Source: Chiloscyllium plagiosum (lineage: Eukaryota). From it: a DNA stretch of 64,000 nt. This document shows, one piece after another, positions 1-13,342 of this stretch. The position numbers were made by a program, and so were the translations under genes. The notes under the pieces were generated by a model that saw only the letters and a program-made list of their open reading frames with translations, was not told where the DNA came from and ran no database searches. The stretch covers positions 32,854,507-32,918,506 of the forward strand of contig NC_057727.1 of assembly GCF_004010195.1 (NCBI RefSeq), given 5' to 3'. The number at the start of each line of letters is the position of its first letter. Positions within the stretch are counted from its first letter, which is position 1.

Positions 1-256
1 CAAAACTATAGATGTTACGACACTGTTATCCTTGTTTATATAAATATCAATGTTAGCACGATTCACTTTGCAGTGAGCAAAGACCGTATAATTATACTTG
101 GGACTCAGAAACTATTCATTCTGGTCCACACGCAGCCACTTCCTTAACCGATAAGATTCAAGGTAGAGTGAGGCAGCTACAAACTCTCCTTCACAAATGC
201 CCTCAAGTTTGAAGACCCCTCACTGCGGATAGCTGCACACATGCGGGGTGACTTAC

Positions 257-390
257 TTTGGCAGCGCGTGTTTGATCTCGTCCACGGCGGATCCCAGCGG
301 ACAGCCGCCGTTACCACCGCCGCCGCAAACAACCTGGTTACCATGGAGACGGGACTTCCGGCCCGGCCGAGGTTACTTCCGGCACGTCTC
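257..390 (-). promoter_or_regulatory. CpG-rich promoter and first exon of an unidentified minus-strand gene, with RFX X-box and two ETS sites
   Basis: X-box GTTACCATGGAGAC at 337-350; ACTTCCGG (ETS/GABP) at 354-361 and 375-382; CpG-rich. On the minus strand a consensus donor CCAAA|GTAAGT has the intron starting at 256. The rest of the gene would lie left of the window. Confidence 0.65.
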
Positions 391-819
391 TCTCCCGATC
401 CCTGACGATGGAGCGTCAGGTGCAGCTCCTTCAATTGTGTAAATTGGGTCTCTTAGTTATCGTTCCATCACATCTTACTTAAAAACCTGGTTGATCATTT
501 ATGTAAAAGTCTGTTTAACTTTACAGTAGCTTTTCCTGGTGGAATTTTTTTGTCAGGATTCTCTATGTCGAATCAAAGCAGCTGGCGGCACGGCTGGAAG
601 AACCGGGCAGTCCTACTCTCGCAGAAACGTTTTGTTTCCTCGGAATAGCGAATTTATCTGTTTAAAAATGACCATTCTGATATGTATCTGAAGATGCGTT
701 CCTCATCTTCATTTCTCGATGCCAGACAAGGGGTGTGCAGTTTAGAGATCGTAGTAAATTCGGAAAAAAGGTACTAGTGAGACCCACGGCTGGAACACTG
801 AACAGTTTTCGGCCCCTGG

Positions 820-950
820 GTAAAAACAAGGACTGCAGATGCTGGAAACCAGAGTCTAGATTAAAGTGGTGCTGGAAAAGCACAGCAGGCCAGGCAACAT
901 CCGAGAAGCAGGAAAATCGACGTTGCAGGCAAAAGCCCTTCATCAGGAAT
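820..950 (-). mobile_element. Penelope-like terminal (pLTR) mini-element, degenerate hammerhead family A
   Basis: Minus strand reads CCTGATGAAGGGCTTTTGCCTGCAACGTCG...CCAGCATCTGCAGTC. Same family as 33986-34121; the GAAA of the core is mutated. Confidence 0.7.
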
Positions 951-1690
951 AGAGTTTTCGGCCCCTATCTAAGGAAAAATATACTGTACTGGCATTGGAT
1001 GAACTCCAGAGATATTAACTTGGCTAATCCCGGGTATTTGTATGAGGATGGGTTGAGTAGATTGGACCTATAATCATTGGAGTTTAAAAGAATGAGGTGA
1101 CTTTATTGAAACATAGAAGATTGTTGGAGGATTGCACAGGGTAGATGTGCAGCGGGTTGCTTCACCTTGTGGAGAGTCTAGGACCAAAAAGCATAATCTC
1201 AGAGCAAAAGGTCACACATTTAGGACAGAAATAAGGACTATCTTCTAAGGGTAGTAAGTCTGGAATTTTTTACCATGGGCTATCAAGGCTGGGTTATAGA
1301 GTCATAGAGATGTACAGCATGGAAACAGACCCTTCAGTCCAACCCGTCCATGCCGACCAGAGATCTCAACCCAATCTAGTCCCACCTGCCAGCACCTGGC
1401 CCATATCCCTCCAAACCATTCCTATTCATATACATTAAGTAAAAAGTTAAAAATCACACAACACCAGGTTATAGTCCAACAGGTTTAATTGCAAGTACCA
1501 TCTTTCGGAGTGCTGCTCTTTCATCAGCTGGTTAAGTATTCTCTGGTCTGATATTTTTATCAATATAATCAGGGTGGTAGGGTAAAGGCAAGAAACTGTG
1601 GAGGATTAATCAGATTAGCCACGATCTGGTTGAATATTGGAGCTGATTCAATAGGTTGAATGGTCCACTCTACTTCTATGTCTTACAGGT
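951..1690. mobile_element. Nested CR1 3' fragments and a Penelope terminal fragment (~1445-1530)
   Basis: Degenerate CR1 ORF2 end (YEDGLSRLDL..LEFKRMR-like); CR1 tail ATAGAGTCATAGAGATGTACAGC at ~1297; AAAAATCACACAACACCAGGTTATAGTCC motif at ~1450. Confidence 0.6.
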
Positions 1691-4194
1691 TTATAACGTT
1701 ATCGAGAAATAAAAAAAGGATAAAACTTAGTAGAATACAAATGGCAAAACTATAGCCATGGTGAGAGAATTTATTTCAGGAAAAGAGGATTCTGGGTAAT
1801 CCAAGATGGAGAATGGGGAGAAAATTATGGCTGTAAGAGCTGCTCTTTTTTTGAGGTAGTTTAGGTGTTGAGATGATTTCCTTGAATTCCAGAAGCAGCA
1901 ATTACTGTTTTATATGCTGTTGCATTTTTTTTGGAACTTCGGAGAAAAATTGTCAGAACAATGGCACTTTTAAAAGGGAGAAAGATAGACAAAGACAGCA
2001 TGTACATGGTCAGCGAAGGAGAGGAAGAAACCTACACTGCTAACTGACACAGTAGTGAATCTGCACAGTTGCTGCCTTTGCTCTTTGCATTATGTAACTC
2101 TGAACATCGGAGTCCGTCTAGGAAAAATTAACAAACACCAAAATTCACAACTGATCTTGAAAGAACCTGTGTGGGAGAGCTCATAACACAGGAACAGATA
2201 AGTGCAGTTTTTAACATGTAACCTTGCTGTAAGTCTACAGTAGTGAGTAGAGTGGGTTCTATCTAGTTTATATTTTTAAAATGTAATCTATCAGTATTAA
2301 GTTAGCCTAGAGCACATTTTTAGGGCAAAAGGACAGTGCTATTTTCTGGGTCTGTAAATTGTGAAGGAGCAAAGATGGTCTTTAGTAGAGTGATACGCTC
2401 ATCTTGTTGGATGAGTGAGTTTCTGGAGAGATTACATGTTACTGAGGATTATGTCTGCAGGAAGTGTGTTTGGTTGGAAATCCTATCAAATCAATTGGAT
2501 TGGTTGGAGCAACGGTTAGAGGCAATGATGGAGTGTGATGGATGGCAGTTAAAGGGAGAAACGCTCCAGATACAGTCAGATAAATGGGTTAACTACAGGA
2601 AAGGTAGGATAGCTAGGTAAGTAGTGGCTATCCCCATTTCAAACAAGTTTGTTGTCTTGAAAAAATGTAGGGGGGTGATGGACTCTCAGGGGAACATGGC
2701 ATGAACTGCCAAGTTTCTGGTATCAAGACAGGCTCTAACGAAATGAGGGGTACATCAGGTTCCAAGCGATTGATTGTGATAGGGGATTCTCTAGTCAGAG
2801 GCACAGACAGATGTTTCTGTGGCCAGCAGTGAAAAGTCAGAATGGTGTGTTGCCTCCCTGCTGCCAGGATCAAGGATGTTTCGGAAACGGTGCAGAATGT
2901 TCTTAAAAGGGGTGAGAGACCAGCTGGAGGTCATCATACATATTGGAACCAATGATATAGGAAGGGAAAAGGATGTGATTCTGAAGGAAGAATATAGGAT
3001 TTGGCAGGAATTTAAAAAGGAGGTCCTTGAGAATAGTAATATCTGGATTACTCACTGCTACGAGCTAGTGAGGATAGAGCAGATGAATGCGTGGCTGAGG
3101 AGCTGGTACATGGGAGAAGGATTCACATTTTTGTATCATTTGAATCTCTTCTGGGGTAGAAGTGACTTGTACAAGGAGGATGGATTGCAACCAAATTGGA
3201 AGGGGACTAATATACTGCCAGGGAGATTTGCGCGAGAAAATTTAAACAAGTATTGGGGGGGGGAGGGGGAGATAGTGAGGAAAGAAATCAATCTGAGACT
3301 GGTATAATTGGGAAAGGGAGCGAGTCAAACAGTCAGGGTAGGAAAGAACAAAGAGTACAAAGTAGAACTGATAAACTGCATTTACTTCAATGCAAGAGGC
3401 CCAACAGAGAAGGCAGATAAACTCAGGGCATGGTTAGGAACATGGGACTGGGATTTCATAGCAAGAACAGAAACATGGCTCAAGGATGGGCAGGATTGGC
3501 AGCTTAATGTTCCAGGATACAAATGTTCTAAGGATAGAAAGGAGGGCAAGAGAGGAGGGGGAATGGCGTTTTTGATAAGGGATAGCATTACTGCTGTACT
3601 TTGGGAGGATATTCATGGAAATATATCCAGGGAAGTTATTTGGATGGATCTGAGAAATAAGGAAGGGATTATCACCTTATTGGGATTGTATTATAAACCC
3701 CCTAATAATCAGCAGGAAACTGAGAAACAGATTTGGAAGGAGATTTCAGTTATCTCTAAGTATAATAGTATGGTTATGGTAAGAGATTTTAACTTTCCAA
3801 ATATAGACTGGGACTGCCATAGCATTAAGGGTTTAGATGGGGAGGAATTTAAGTGTGTACAAGAAAATTTTCTGATTCATTATGTGCATGTTCCTACTAG
3901 AAAAGGTGCAAAACTTGACCTATTTTTGGGAAATAAGGCAGGGCAGGTGACTGAGGTGTCAGTGGGGGAGCACTTTGGGGCCAGTGACCATAGTTCTATT
4001 AGTTTTAAAATAGCGATGGAAAAGGATAGACTGGATATAAAAGATGGAAGTTCTAAACTGGAGGAAGGCTAATTTTGACAGTATGAGACAAGAACTTTCA
4101 AAAGCTGACTGGGGGCAGATGTTCGCAGGTAAAGGGACGGCTGGAAAATGAGAACCTTTCAAAACTGACATAACAAGCGTCCATTATATTCCTA

Positions 4195-4345
4195 CAGGTT
4201 TAATTGGAAGCACTAGCTTTCGGAGTGCTGGAGTACAACCACCTGATGATGTAATGCTTCCACTTAAACCTGTTGGACTATAACCTGGTGTTGTGTGATT
4301 TGTAACTTTGTATACTCCAGTCTAACACCAGCATCTCCAAATCAG
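4195..4345. mobile_element. Inverted Penelope terminal fragment (family C) inserted in the CR1
   Basis: CAGGTTTAATTGGAAGCA...TGCTTCCACTTAAACCTG inverted arms with a CCTGATGA remnant; ATTCCT flanks both sides. Confidence 0.65.
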
Positions 4346-4438
4346 TAAATTCCTGTTAGGGTGAAAGGAAAGGCTGGTAGGTGTAGGGAATGCTGGATGA
4401 GTAGAAAAATTGAGGTTTTGGTTAAGAAGAAAGCATAT

Positions 4439-4758
4439 TGGGCGGCACAGTGGTTAGCACTGCTGCCTCACAGCGGCCAGAGACCCGGGTTCAATTCCCG
4501 CCTCAGGCGACTGACTGTGTGGAGTTTGCACGTTCTCACGTTCTCTCTGTGTCTGCGTGGGTTTCCTCCGGGTGCTCCGGTTTCCTCCCACAGTCCAAAG
4601 ATGTGCAGGTCAGGTGAATTGGCTATGCTAAATTGCCCGTAGTGTTAGGTAAGGGGTAAATGTAGGGGTATGGGTGGGTTGCGCTTCGGCGGGGCGGTGT
4701 GGACTTATTGGGCCGAAGGGCCTGTTTCCACACTGTAAGTAATCTAATCTAATCTAAT
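4439..4758 (+). mobile_element. tRNA-derived V-SINE (HE1-like)
   Basis: A/B-box-like head (GTGGTTAGCACTG...GGTTCAATTCC), V-domain TGTGTGGAGTTTGCAC...GTGGGTTTCCTCCGGGTGCTCCGGTTTCCTCCCACAGTCCAAAGA, (AATCT)n tail, CATAT on both flanks. Confidence 0.9.
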
Positions 4759-4799
4759 CATATGTCCAGTATAGACAGGAGAGATAGAGAATCCTTAAA

Positions 4800-5409
4800 C
4801 TCGATTATCCAAATGAGATGGGCAGGCACGATCTTTTGGATAATTCATTATGCCGTTAATTGATTCACTGCCTTTCCTCTGGGGCTTAGTTTTCTGTAAA
4901 GTCCACTCCCTGTTCAGGAGACTGTGCAGCATCACACCATGCACAAGCACCCGTGCGCTACCCATCCAAGACTGCCCCCACCGCTATCTAACACCATCCC
5001 CTGCCTGAGCCCAACCCCGTCCAACAATCCACCCCACCTGCCAGACTGGACACCAACAACATACACAAACTTTTCACTGCAACATTTTGATAGGTTCCAA
5101 CCTTGCCCTGTACAGAACAACGTTGGAGATTATCTGGGGGAGGGGTGGGGTTTAGGGTGAACGCCTGCGTAGAACTCCACGGAAAGTGTAGGGGGAGAGA
5201 GAGGGTGGGAAGTCAGTCATTTGGAGACGGTGCCCAGGCTCCCATCGATGTCCAGGATTGTTCTCGGCAGCATTTCAGTAAAATGAGTTCACTTTTAATC
5301 ACTAAACAAAAAATACGATCAGCATTGGAAATACATCTTTGATGTAATGTTTCTATTGGGGCCTCGAGATCTTTGGATAATTGATATTTGGATAATCGAG
5401 ATTCCTCTG
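4800..5409. mobile_element. Non-autonomous Tc1/mariner (pogo/Tigger-like) MITE
   Basis: Terminal inverted repeats CTCGATTATCCAAAT ... ATTTGGATAATCGAGATTCCTCTG followed by TA. The left TIR is truncated. It interrupts the CR1 ORF2. Confidence 0.65.
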
Positions 5410-6509
5410 TATACTTAAGGGGGGAATTCAGGATGGCAAAAATGGGGACATGAGATAGCTTTGGCAAATAGGGTTAAGGAGAATCCAAAGGGATTCTATA
5501 AATACATTAAGGACGAAAGGGTAACGAGGGAGAAAATAGGGCCCGTCAAAGATCAGCAAGGCACCCTATGGGTGGAACCACAGGACAGGGGGGAAGATAC
5601 TGAGTACTTTGCATCAGTGTTTACTGTGGAGAAGGACATGGAAGATATAGAATGTGGGGATTTAGATGGTGACATCTCAAAACATGTCCATGTTACTGAG
5701 GAGCAGGTGCTGGATGTCCTAAATGCATAAAAGTGATAAATCCCCAGGACCTGATCAGGTGTACCTTGATCAGGTGATATTTGTATCATCAATAGTCACA
5801 GGTGAGGTGCTGGAAGATTGGAGGTTGACTCATGTGGCGCCACTATTTAAGAAAGGGGGTAAGGAAAAGCCAATGAACAATCGATTGGTGAGCCTGAGAG
5901 TTTTAGGCAAGTTGTTGAAGGGAATCCTAAGGGACAGGATTTACACGTATTTGGAAAGGTAAGGACTGAATAGGCATAGTCAGCATGACTTGAGCAATGG
6001 GAGATCATATCTCATGAACTTGATTGAGTTTTTAAAGAAGTAACAAAGAGGTTTGATGAGGGCAGAATGGTAGATATGATCTATATGGACTTCAGTAAGG
6101 CATTCAACAAGGTTCCCCATGGGAGACTAGTTAGCAAGGTTAGATCTTATGGAATACAGGGAGAACTGGACATTTGGATACAGAACCGGCTCAAAAGGTA
6201 GAAGATAGAGTTGCTTTTCAAATTCGAGGCCTGTGACCAGTGGAGTTCCACAAGGATCAGTGCTGGGTCTGGTACTTTTAGTCACTTATACAAATGATTT
6301 GGATATGAACATAGGAGCTATAGTTAGTATTCTCAAATCAGGTTTCCTAATATATCTTTCCTTAACAGAAAACCAATGTTGTATACAGTAAAGTACTCCA
6401 GATATGAACTTACCAGTGTGTTGAATAACTGAAGCATGACCTCCTTATTTTTGTATTCAATTTCCTTTTGCAATAAATAAACTCACTTTTCTAATTACTG
6501 ACTGTACAG

Positions 6510-6722
6510 TTAGAACTATACAACATGGAAACAGACCTTTGGTCCAACTCATCCACACCAACCGAATATCCTAAATTAAACTAGTCCCATTTGCCAGTAT
6601 TTGGCCCATATCCCTCTAAACCCTTTTCAAATCATATACCCATCTAGATGTCTTTTAGATGTTATTATACCAACCTCCACCACTTCCTTCAGTAGCTCTT
6701 TCCATACATGTACAACCCTCTG
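6510..6722 (-). mobile_element. CR1 3'-end fragment
   Basis: Minus-strand frame QRVVHVWKELLKEVVEVG...KRHLDGYM, the typical CR1 ORF2 C-terminus, plus tail. Confidence 0.75.
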
Positions 6723-7516
6723 TACAGGAAATACTGTGCTGAATATACATTTGACTTGTTCTAGTAACCATGAACAGAAGTTTGGCACACTAAGCACAAG
6801 ATGAAATGTGACCTTCTCCATGTTTGTGGGTAGAAAATAAAACAATTATTAATTAAATAGAACAAGATTGCAGAATTCTGTAGCAGTACTACATAAGTTA
6901 GTTTGATTGCAGGTTTACCAAGTGACAGGAAGTCAAATTAAATGTTATTTATCATTTAGAGATTAGAGCGTACAATAATGGAAATTTTGTTTTAATTGTA
7001 AGGGCATTACTGAGACTACATTATCGTGCTATATCCACAAGACACTGATGTTTCATAATTCTGACAAGGCAAATATTGAAAGAGCAGAAGATGGTTAGGC
7101 CAGATCACTGCCCTGAGTATCCTGCAGTGATGGATGGAGCTGAGATAATTACCCTCTAAAAATGTAACCATTTTTCTTTGTGCTAGGTACAGCTCCAACC
7201 AGCAGAGTTCCCAGATTTCCAGGGATTTCAATTTTACACTGTCAACTACTGGATATAAAATATTTTTTCATCTTATCACCATAACTAAGAACTGCTGCAA
7301 TAAGCAATATCAGAGTGGATTATCAGTTCAATAAAAGTCAGATATACCATACGTCCCAACAGAAAACAAATGATTAATAGTTCATAGAACTTGTTTGTCA
7401 AAACAAATATAAAATCCTGGAGTGTATTTTCTCAAGACTCTATCAGAACTGGTGAACATAGAAAAAGTTTGAATACATGCAGACATAACTTCTGACATCA
7501 TCTTTTTTTAAAATGT

Positions 7517-7522
7517 TTTATT
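7517..7522 (-). promoter_or_regulatory. Polyadenylation signal of rps23
   Basis: AATAAA on the minus strand about 30 nt downstream of the stop codon. Confidence 0.8.
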
Positions 7523-7550
7523 TTTCATCTTTGTTAATATACTGAAAACT

Positions 7551-7697
<147 letters not shown>

Positions 7698-9027
7698 CTA
7701 AAAGACAAGGAAGTTAGACCATCATTGAAACAGCTCAAAGCATGTACGAATTTGGAACCATCCAGTCTTTAATAGTTAGTGAGAAAGGTGAAAGACCACC
7801 AAAAGGTTGTTAGCTCTTGACACTGTGCAACATTTTTTGGTACTTTTAATGGGAGTCAAAGAAAACTAGGGAATGCCACAAAACAAATAGTTAAGTGCGT
7901 ACGAAACAAACTCCAAGTTTTTTAGATCACCATATTTGAACTGTAACGAGATTTTCAAATGTTTTGTATAAACATTCTTTGAATTTGTAAGTGAAGCGCA
8001 CGTGGAATAAGCTTAAGTGCAGTAAATGTATAATCAGTTTCATAAGAGGTAGAACATAAAGATGACTACTACATGAAAAGTAGTCAGAATACGATTCAAT
8101 TCTAAATACAGACCCAATACTATCAGTAAATAACTGATCAAACTCAGAAGTATGAGCAAGGTAAATGGGAAGGATCAGGAAAAAAAAAGCTGGTTTAAGG
8201 TATCATCTTTCAATTGAGCATTTTGAATTTTTAATCATTAATGCACTGCACCAATCAGAAATTTTTGCTACTGATCTTTTTGGGAGAGTGAATGAATTGG
8301 AAGGAGGGGATGCAGGAACTTGAAGAGTGCATACGTACATCTATAAGCTTGACAAATTTTAAAAGAGCACAATATAATGTGGCACCAAGCTGATTTTTTG
8401 CATAAATGTGCCAGGGTGACAAGAATCATATCAACACCATAAATGTTGTGTCTCATGCAACCTTCTATTGTGTGACGCTCTAAAACTTTATCCTCCAATT
8501 TGCAACCTCAAATGATAGTAAATACTGTATTTGAAAGTATATACGGATGAGTTACCCCATACTGTTCTTATACTTTTGCCAATTTTGAATTTTTGATTCA
8601 AAAATCAATGGATCCAAGCTCCCCCATTCTACCCACAAACAACAAAATACATTTGTACTACAGTATAAATTGGTTTCTATACTTATGAAGTATAGAATAA
8701 TTATCTGTTATATAATTTAGTAGAGTGCTTATTCTGGCCCAGATCTTAAGGACCTATACAATAATTAATTTGCTGTTCTAGAATCTACTCAACTACTATT
8801 TTAATATGTATGGAAATGGGTACAACAATAATTTAGAAAGGAAATCTCTGCTGATCAGCTTTACTACAGTTTTCCCAGTTTATACTGCTCCACTCATTTC
8901 ACAGCAGTGCAGAGATCAGTATTCACACACATTGATCAGGACAGTAAGCTAATAATGATGGCCACTATCATCAATCTTTTCTCCTCTTGGCGATTTGAGA
9001 TTTATAGCTCAGGTTGATGATAAGTAT

Positions 9028-9184
9028 GTAAGTTAGTTCGTTGAGCTGGAAGATTTGTTTCAGACAATTCGTCACCATATTAGGTAACATCATCAGTAAG
9101 TGTCTGGTGAAGTGCTGATGATGCTACCTAGTATGGTGACGAAACATCTGAAAACAAATCTTCCAGCTCAGCAAGCTAACTTAC
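9028..9184. repeat. Inverted pair of Penelope termini (hammerhead family B) in rps23 intron 3
   Basis: Arms 9028-9096 and 9115-9184 are reverse complements; each carries CTGATGA-TGYTACC-loop-GGTGAC-GAA. Confidence 0.8.
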
Positions 9185-9549
9185 TTATTTCTCCTGTTGT
9201 CCACTCACAGCAAATTCTTAATTTTCACATTTTATTATTGATGATTTGTCACATTACCACAAAATGTACTGTTTGGGTCTTTATAACCATAAAAAATTCA
9301 AATGACAAGAATATTAATTTATACACTACTCTTGCTGTGAGAGAAGTTACTTTTTGTTGAAATTAGGTATAGTCTGACTGGATTTTTAAACTGTTCAGAG
9401 TTTATAATGTCTTCTAAATAGCCTCAATTTCCCTGAAAGAAATATTTTTGAAAAGTCAAATTTCCCTATTATTTCAATGGTGGAATTTTGTACATTTGAT
9501 ATTTTAGTTTCAACCTTAATCCCAATAAACTTCAAACATTTATTTTGAT

Positions 9550-10100
9550 CAGATTGTAAATTTGCTCGCTGAGCTAGTAGATTTGTTCTGACGTTTTGTC
9601 GCCATGCTAGGTAACATCATCAGTGAGCCTCCAATGAAGCATTGGTGATCTGCCGCATTTGCTATTTATCTGTCTTGGTTAATTGTGGTAGAATATATCA
9701 TTTCCCATTCTGTTTCTGACAAGTTAGTAAACTGGGTCCAAATATATATGTTTTGTTAATAGAGTTCCAGTTTGAATGCCTGGCCTGTAGGAATTCCCAT
9801 GCATGTCTTTGTTTAGGCGGTTGCAGGATGATTGTATTGTCCCAATTACACTGGTGTCTCTCTTCGCCAGTATATATGGATCCAGTGATAGTTGGTCATA
9901 TCTTTTGGTGGCTAGTCAGTATTCATGTATCCGTGGCTAGCTTCCTGCCTGTTTGTCCAATGTAATGTTTTTTGCAGGGTATTTTGTATATGACATTCTT
10001 TTTGCTGGTTGTTAGCACTGAAACAGCTCCTGATTAATTTAAAGGACCCCGTACCAACAACCAGCAGTACAACCTGAGCTACAAATCTTCTCCAAAATCT
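9550..10100 (-). mobile_element. Penelope-like element 3' fragment (GIY-YIG end and terminus) with short inversion
   Basis: Minus strand carries HYIGQTGRKLATDT-like GIY-YIG sequence; a family B hammerhead remnant lies at ~9588-9625. Confidence 0.75.
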
Positions 10101-10459
10101 CATTTATTTCAAAATCTATAAAATTTGAAAGATTAAGTGAAGATTTCATTTTTTTTTTCCTAGTTTCCTGCTAGGAATTTCAATCTGACTGGGCACTTAT
10201 TCTCTTTAATTACATCACTGCTGCTAGATGGCTAGAGCATAACCACTTGACTTGGTGTCTCTTGAATAATCTATGATTGGTCTCCTTGATGCTGGTTATA
10301 TCTAACGAGTTGCTCAAACTCTCTTCCTCATTCCCAATAACTTCATGCCACAAGGGATGCTGTTTGTTGAAAAGTAAAACGTGGAAATAGAATATAAAAA
10401 GTCATTTATAGGAGAAAACAGGTTTAAAAGTAGTATACAAAGAGGAAATAAGGTGAATC

Positions 10460-10960
10460 ATTAAATTGTTATTGCAAGAGGAATGGAATATAAAAAAATT
10501 GAAATGTTTTACTTTAGTTGGAAGGGCATTTGGGTGCCCACATCTAGAATAATTTGTACAGTTTTGATTATCTTATTTGAGAGGGCATACTAGGGCTGGA
10601 CACAGTGCAGAGAAAATTACTCAACTGCTACCTGGGATTAAATGATTATGTTAAAAGGAAAGGTTGAGCATGTTGAACTTGCCTCCATTGAAATTCAGAA
10701 GAATGAGAAGTGATATTATTGAAACAAAGTTCCCAAGAGAACTTGACAGAATAGTTGTTGTAAGGATGTTTCCTTATAATGGCGGAGATTATAAGTGGGA
10801 TGCAGAATTTAAAAGCAACAGTCTTCCACTTGACAGGTGAGAATGTTTTTCTCCCAGAAGGTCACGAATCTCTCTTGCCCCAATAGCACTGGAGGAAGGG
10901 TCATTGAATATTTTTTAAAAAGTAGAAGTAGATAGATCTTCAACAAGTGACTCAAAAGGA
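10460..10960 (+). mobile_element. Old CR1 3' fragment
   Basis: Degenerate IARGMEYK...LEFRRMRSDIIET pattern. Confidence 0.55.
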
Positions 10961-11076
10961 TACCGAAAATCAGTGGTTATCTAGAATATCAAAGTTGATT
11001 TAATACTATGATTAACATATGAAAGCAGCATACAATATAAAATTATACTATTTACACCCTGCTTTTAAACAGTTCA

Positions 11077-11316
<240 letters not shown>

Positions 11317-11711
11317 TTAATTATCAATGGATTACATTTTTATAAACATGCATTAAATGATACAATACTGTGTTAAATTGTATATGTGGATCTCTTATCT
11401 CTTGCATCGTGAAATTGATCTGAATGTTAATGTTCTATTCAACCTAGAGTTCAGTCCATAGTCTAGCAAAGTGTCATGGCACCAGGCAACAATTGCTTAT
11501 AATTAACCATAACATCAGATCTATGTACCAAACAGTACTTTTCCCAGAGAACAAGTGACCAATTAGCAAGACCATATTCTGACACATTCTAACAGTCTTT
11601 TTTTTGTAAAATGAGGAGGAACAGCTGTAGTACAAAGGATGCATTAGAGAAAGCATAAAACCTTACAGCAACCAGTTACAGTCAACAAAATCCTCAATTT
11701 CAAAACACTTA

Positions 11712-11885
<174 letters not shown>

Positions 11886-12210
11886 TTAAAAATCTTGATT
11901 TCTGGTTTCTGATACTCATACGTGAGGAATAATAAGTTGTAAGAATAAGTATAATCTGCACAAAGAAGTCAATAGTCAAACTCAATTCAATGGTTTGCTA
12001 ATGCCCAAGATATCATTTGCATAAATCTAATCAAGTGATTTCAAGCAATACAAGTTGTTTACAAATTACAAACCACTAAACTGCTCGGTGCCTTTTTGCA
12101 TACTTGAGAATGCCAGTTTCAAATGTCTGTTAAAACTCAAAGTTGATTGAATATATTGGAATATTTCCTTCAAAGGAGATTTTGTAAGAATTAAGTATCA
12201 CATAGAATGT

Positions 12211-12360
12211 AGTTCAAAATCACACCACCAGCTTATAGTCCAACAGGTTTATATGGAAGCACTGCCTAGCGCTTCCAAATAAACCAGTTGGACTATAATC
12301 CGGTGCTGCGTGATTTTGAACTTTGTCCACCTAAGTCCAAAACCGGCACCTCCAAATCAA
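12211..12360. repeat. Palindromic Penelope-terminus derivative (family C) in rps23 intron 1
   Basis: ~50-bp inverted arms at 12211-12260 and 12271-12322 around a 10-nt loop. Confidence 0.75.
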
Positions 12361-12444
12361 GGTGTAGAACGTATATAGTCCAACGATGCTGTCATTTTTT
12401 TTGCACACCCCCCAAAAAAAAAAACAGGCAATTACAATAACATT

Positions 12445-12770
12445 GCCACACTGTGGCTTAGTGGTGAGCACTGCTGCCTCAGAGCACCAGTGACCCAGGT
12501 TCGATTCCAACCCTTGGGTGACTGTGTGGTAGAGTTTGCACATTCTCCCAGTGTCCTGCGTGGGTTTCCTCTGGGTGCTCCTGTTTCTTCCCAGAATCCA
12601 AAGATGTGCAGGTTAGGTGAATTGACTATGCTAACTTGCCCAAAACGTTCAGTAGGTGCATTAGTCAGGGGTAAATATAGGAAAATAGGGTAGGGGGAGT
12701 GGTTCTGGATGGGTTGCTCTTCAAAGGGTCAGCACAGATTTGTGGGGCTAAAGGACCTGTTTCCACACTT
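12445..12770 (+). mobile_element. V-SINE (HE1-like), diverged
   Basis: tRNA-like head, V-domain, and tail ending CCTGTTTCCACACT. Confidence 0.85.
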
Positions 12771-13338
12771 GGAACTCAAAACCAAGAACCTTGGCCTTGG
12801 GAGGAATGGCAGGCTGCAAAGTGATAACCTCAATCCAAAGTATTAAAAAACGGTCTGGTGGTAACGTCATTACCTCTGAGCCAGAAGGGCTGGATTCCGA
12901 GGGGAGTAATAACAACTCTGAACAGGTTGGTTGAAAAATTCTATTTTAAAAAATCCAGCACTTCCTTCGATACTTTCCAACAAATAATCCTAACCAGTTA
13001 TATTTATTTTTTTTCCACAACTGAGAAGTATGTATTGTGTTTTTCTCATTAGGCTTTTGAAAAAATGAATTTATTTCTTAACAAGCTGAAAGCAAGGCGA
13101 CAGCTTGGAGCAGGCCCCAAGCCTGGGCCTAAAGCCTCGAGTCAGGAAGCCATGGCGTGGCGGCTCTCATGCGGTTGCTTGTCGCATTAACAAAATACAA
13201 AGAAATAAACTGCCAGCGCCCGGATGGTGGATGCGAGCTGTGCAGAGTCCGCGTCGCAATTTTATTTTTTCAAAAGGAGATTCTGCGCGAGGAGTGTCGT
13301 CTCAGTCCGCTCTCGCTCTCACCCATTCACCCACTTAC

Positions 13339-13342
13339 CCAT
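13339..13342 (-). CDS. rps23: 40S ribosomal protein S23, exon 1 coding part (ATGG)
   Basis: ACAATGG|GTAAGT. Exon lengths 4+160+121+147 = 432 nt = 143 aa plus stop. Confidence 0.95.

Larger units (their letters stand above)
1790..6330 (+). mobile_element. Degenerate near-full-length CR1-clade LINE (ORF1 esterase, ORF2 APE-RT), 3'-truncated and interrupted by three insertions
   Basis: ORF1 Cys motif (YVCRKC) and SGNH-esterase motifs (GDSLVRG, HIGTNDI); APE motifs YFNARG, TETW, DFNFP, SDH; RT motifs YMDFSKAF and GVPQGSVLG. Many stops and frameshifts. The 5' boundary is approximate. Confidence 0.9.

Noticed and set aside
177-442. Short ORFs at the left CpG island as coding genes
   Set aside because: No recognisable homology; the ATGs fall inside the X-box palindrome.
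4439-4510. tRNA gene
   Set aside because: It is the tRNA-derived head of a V-SINE, with no complete cloverleaf.
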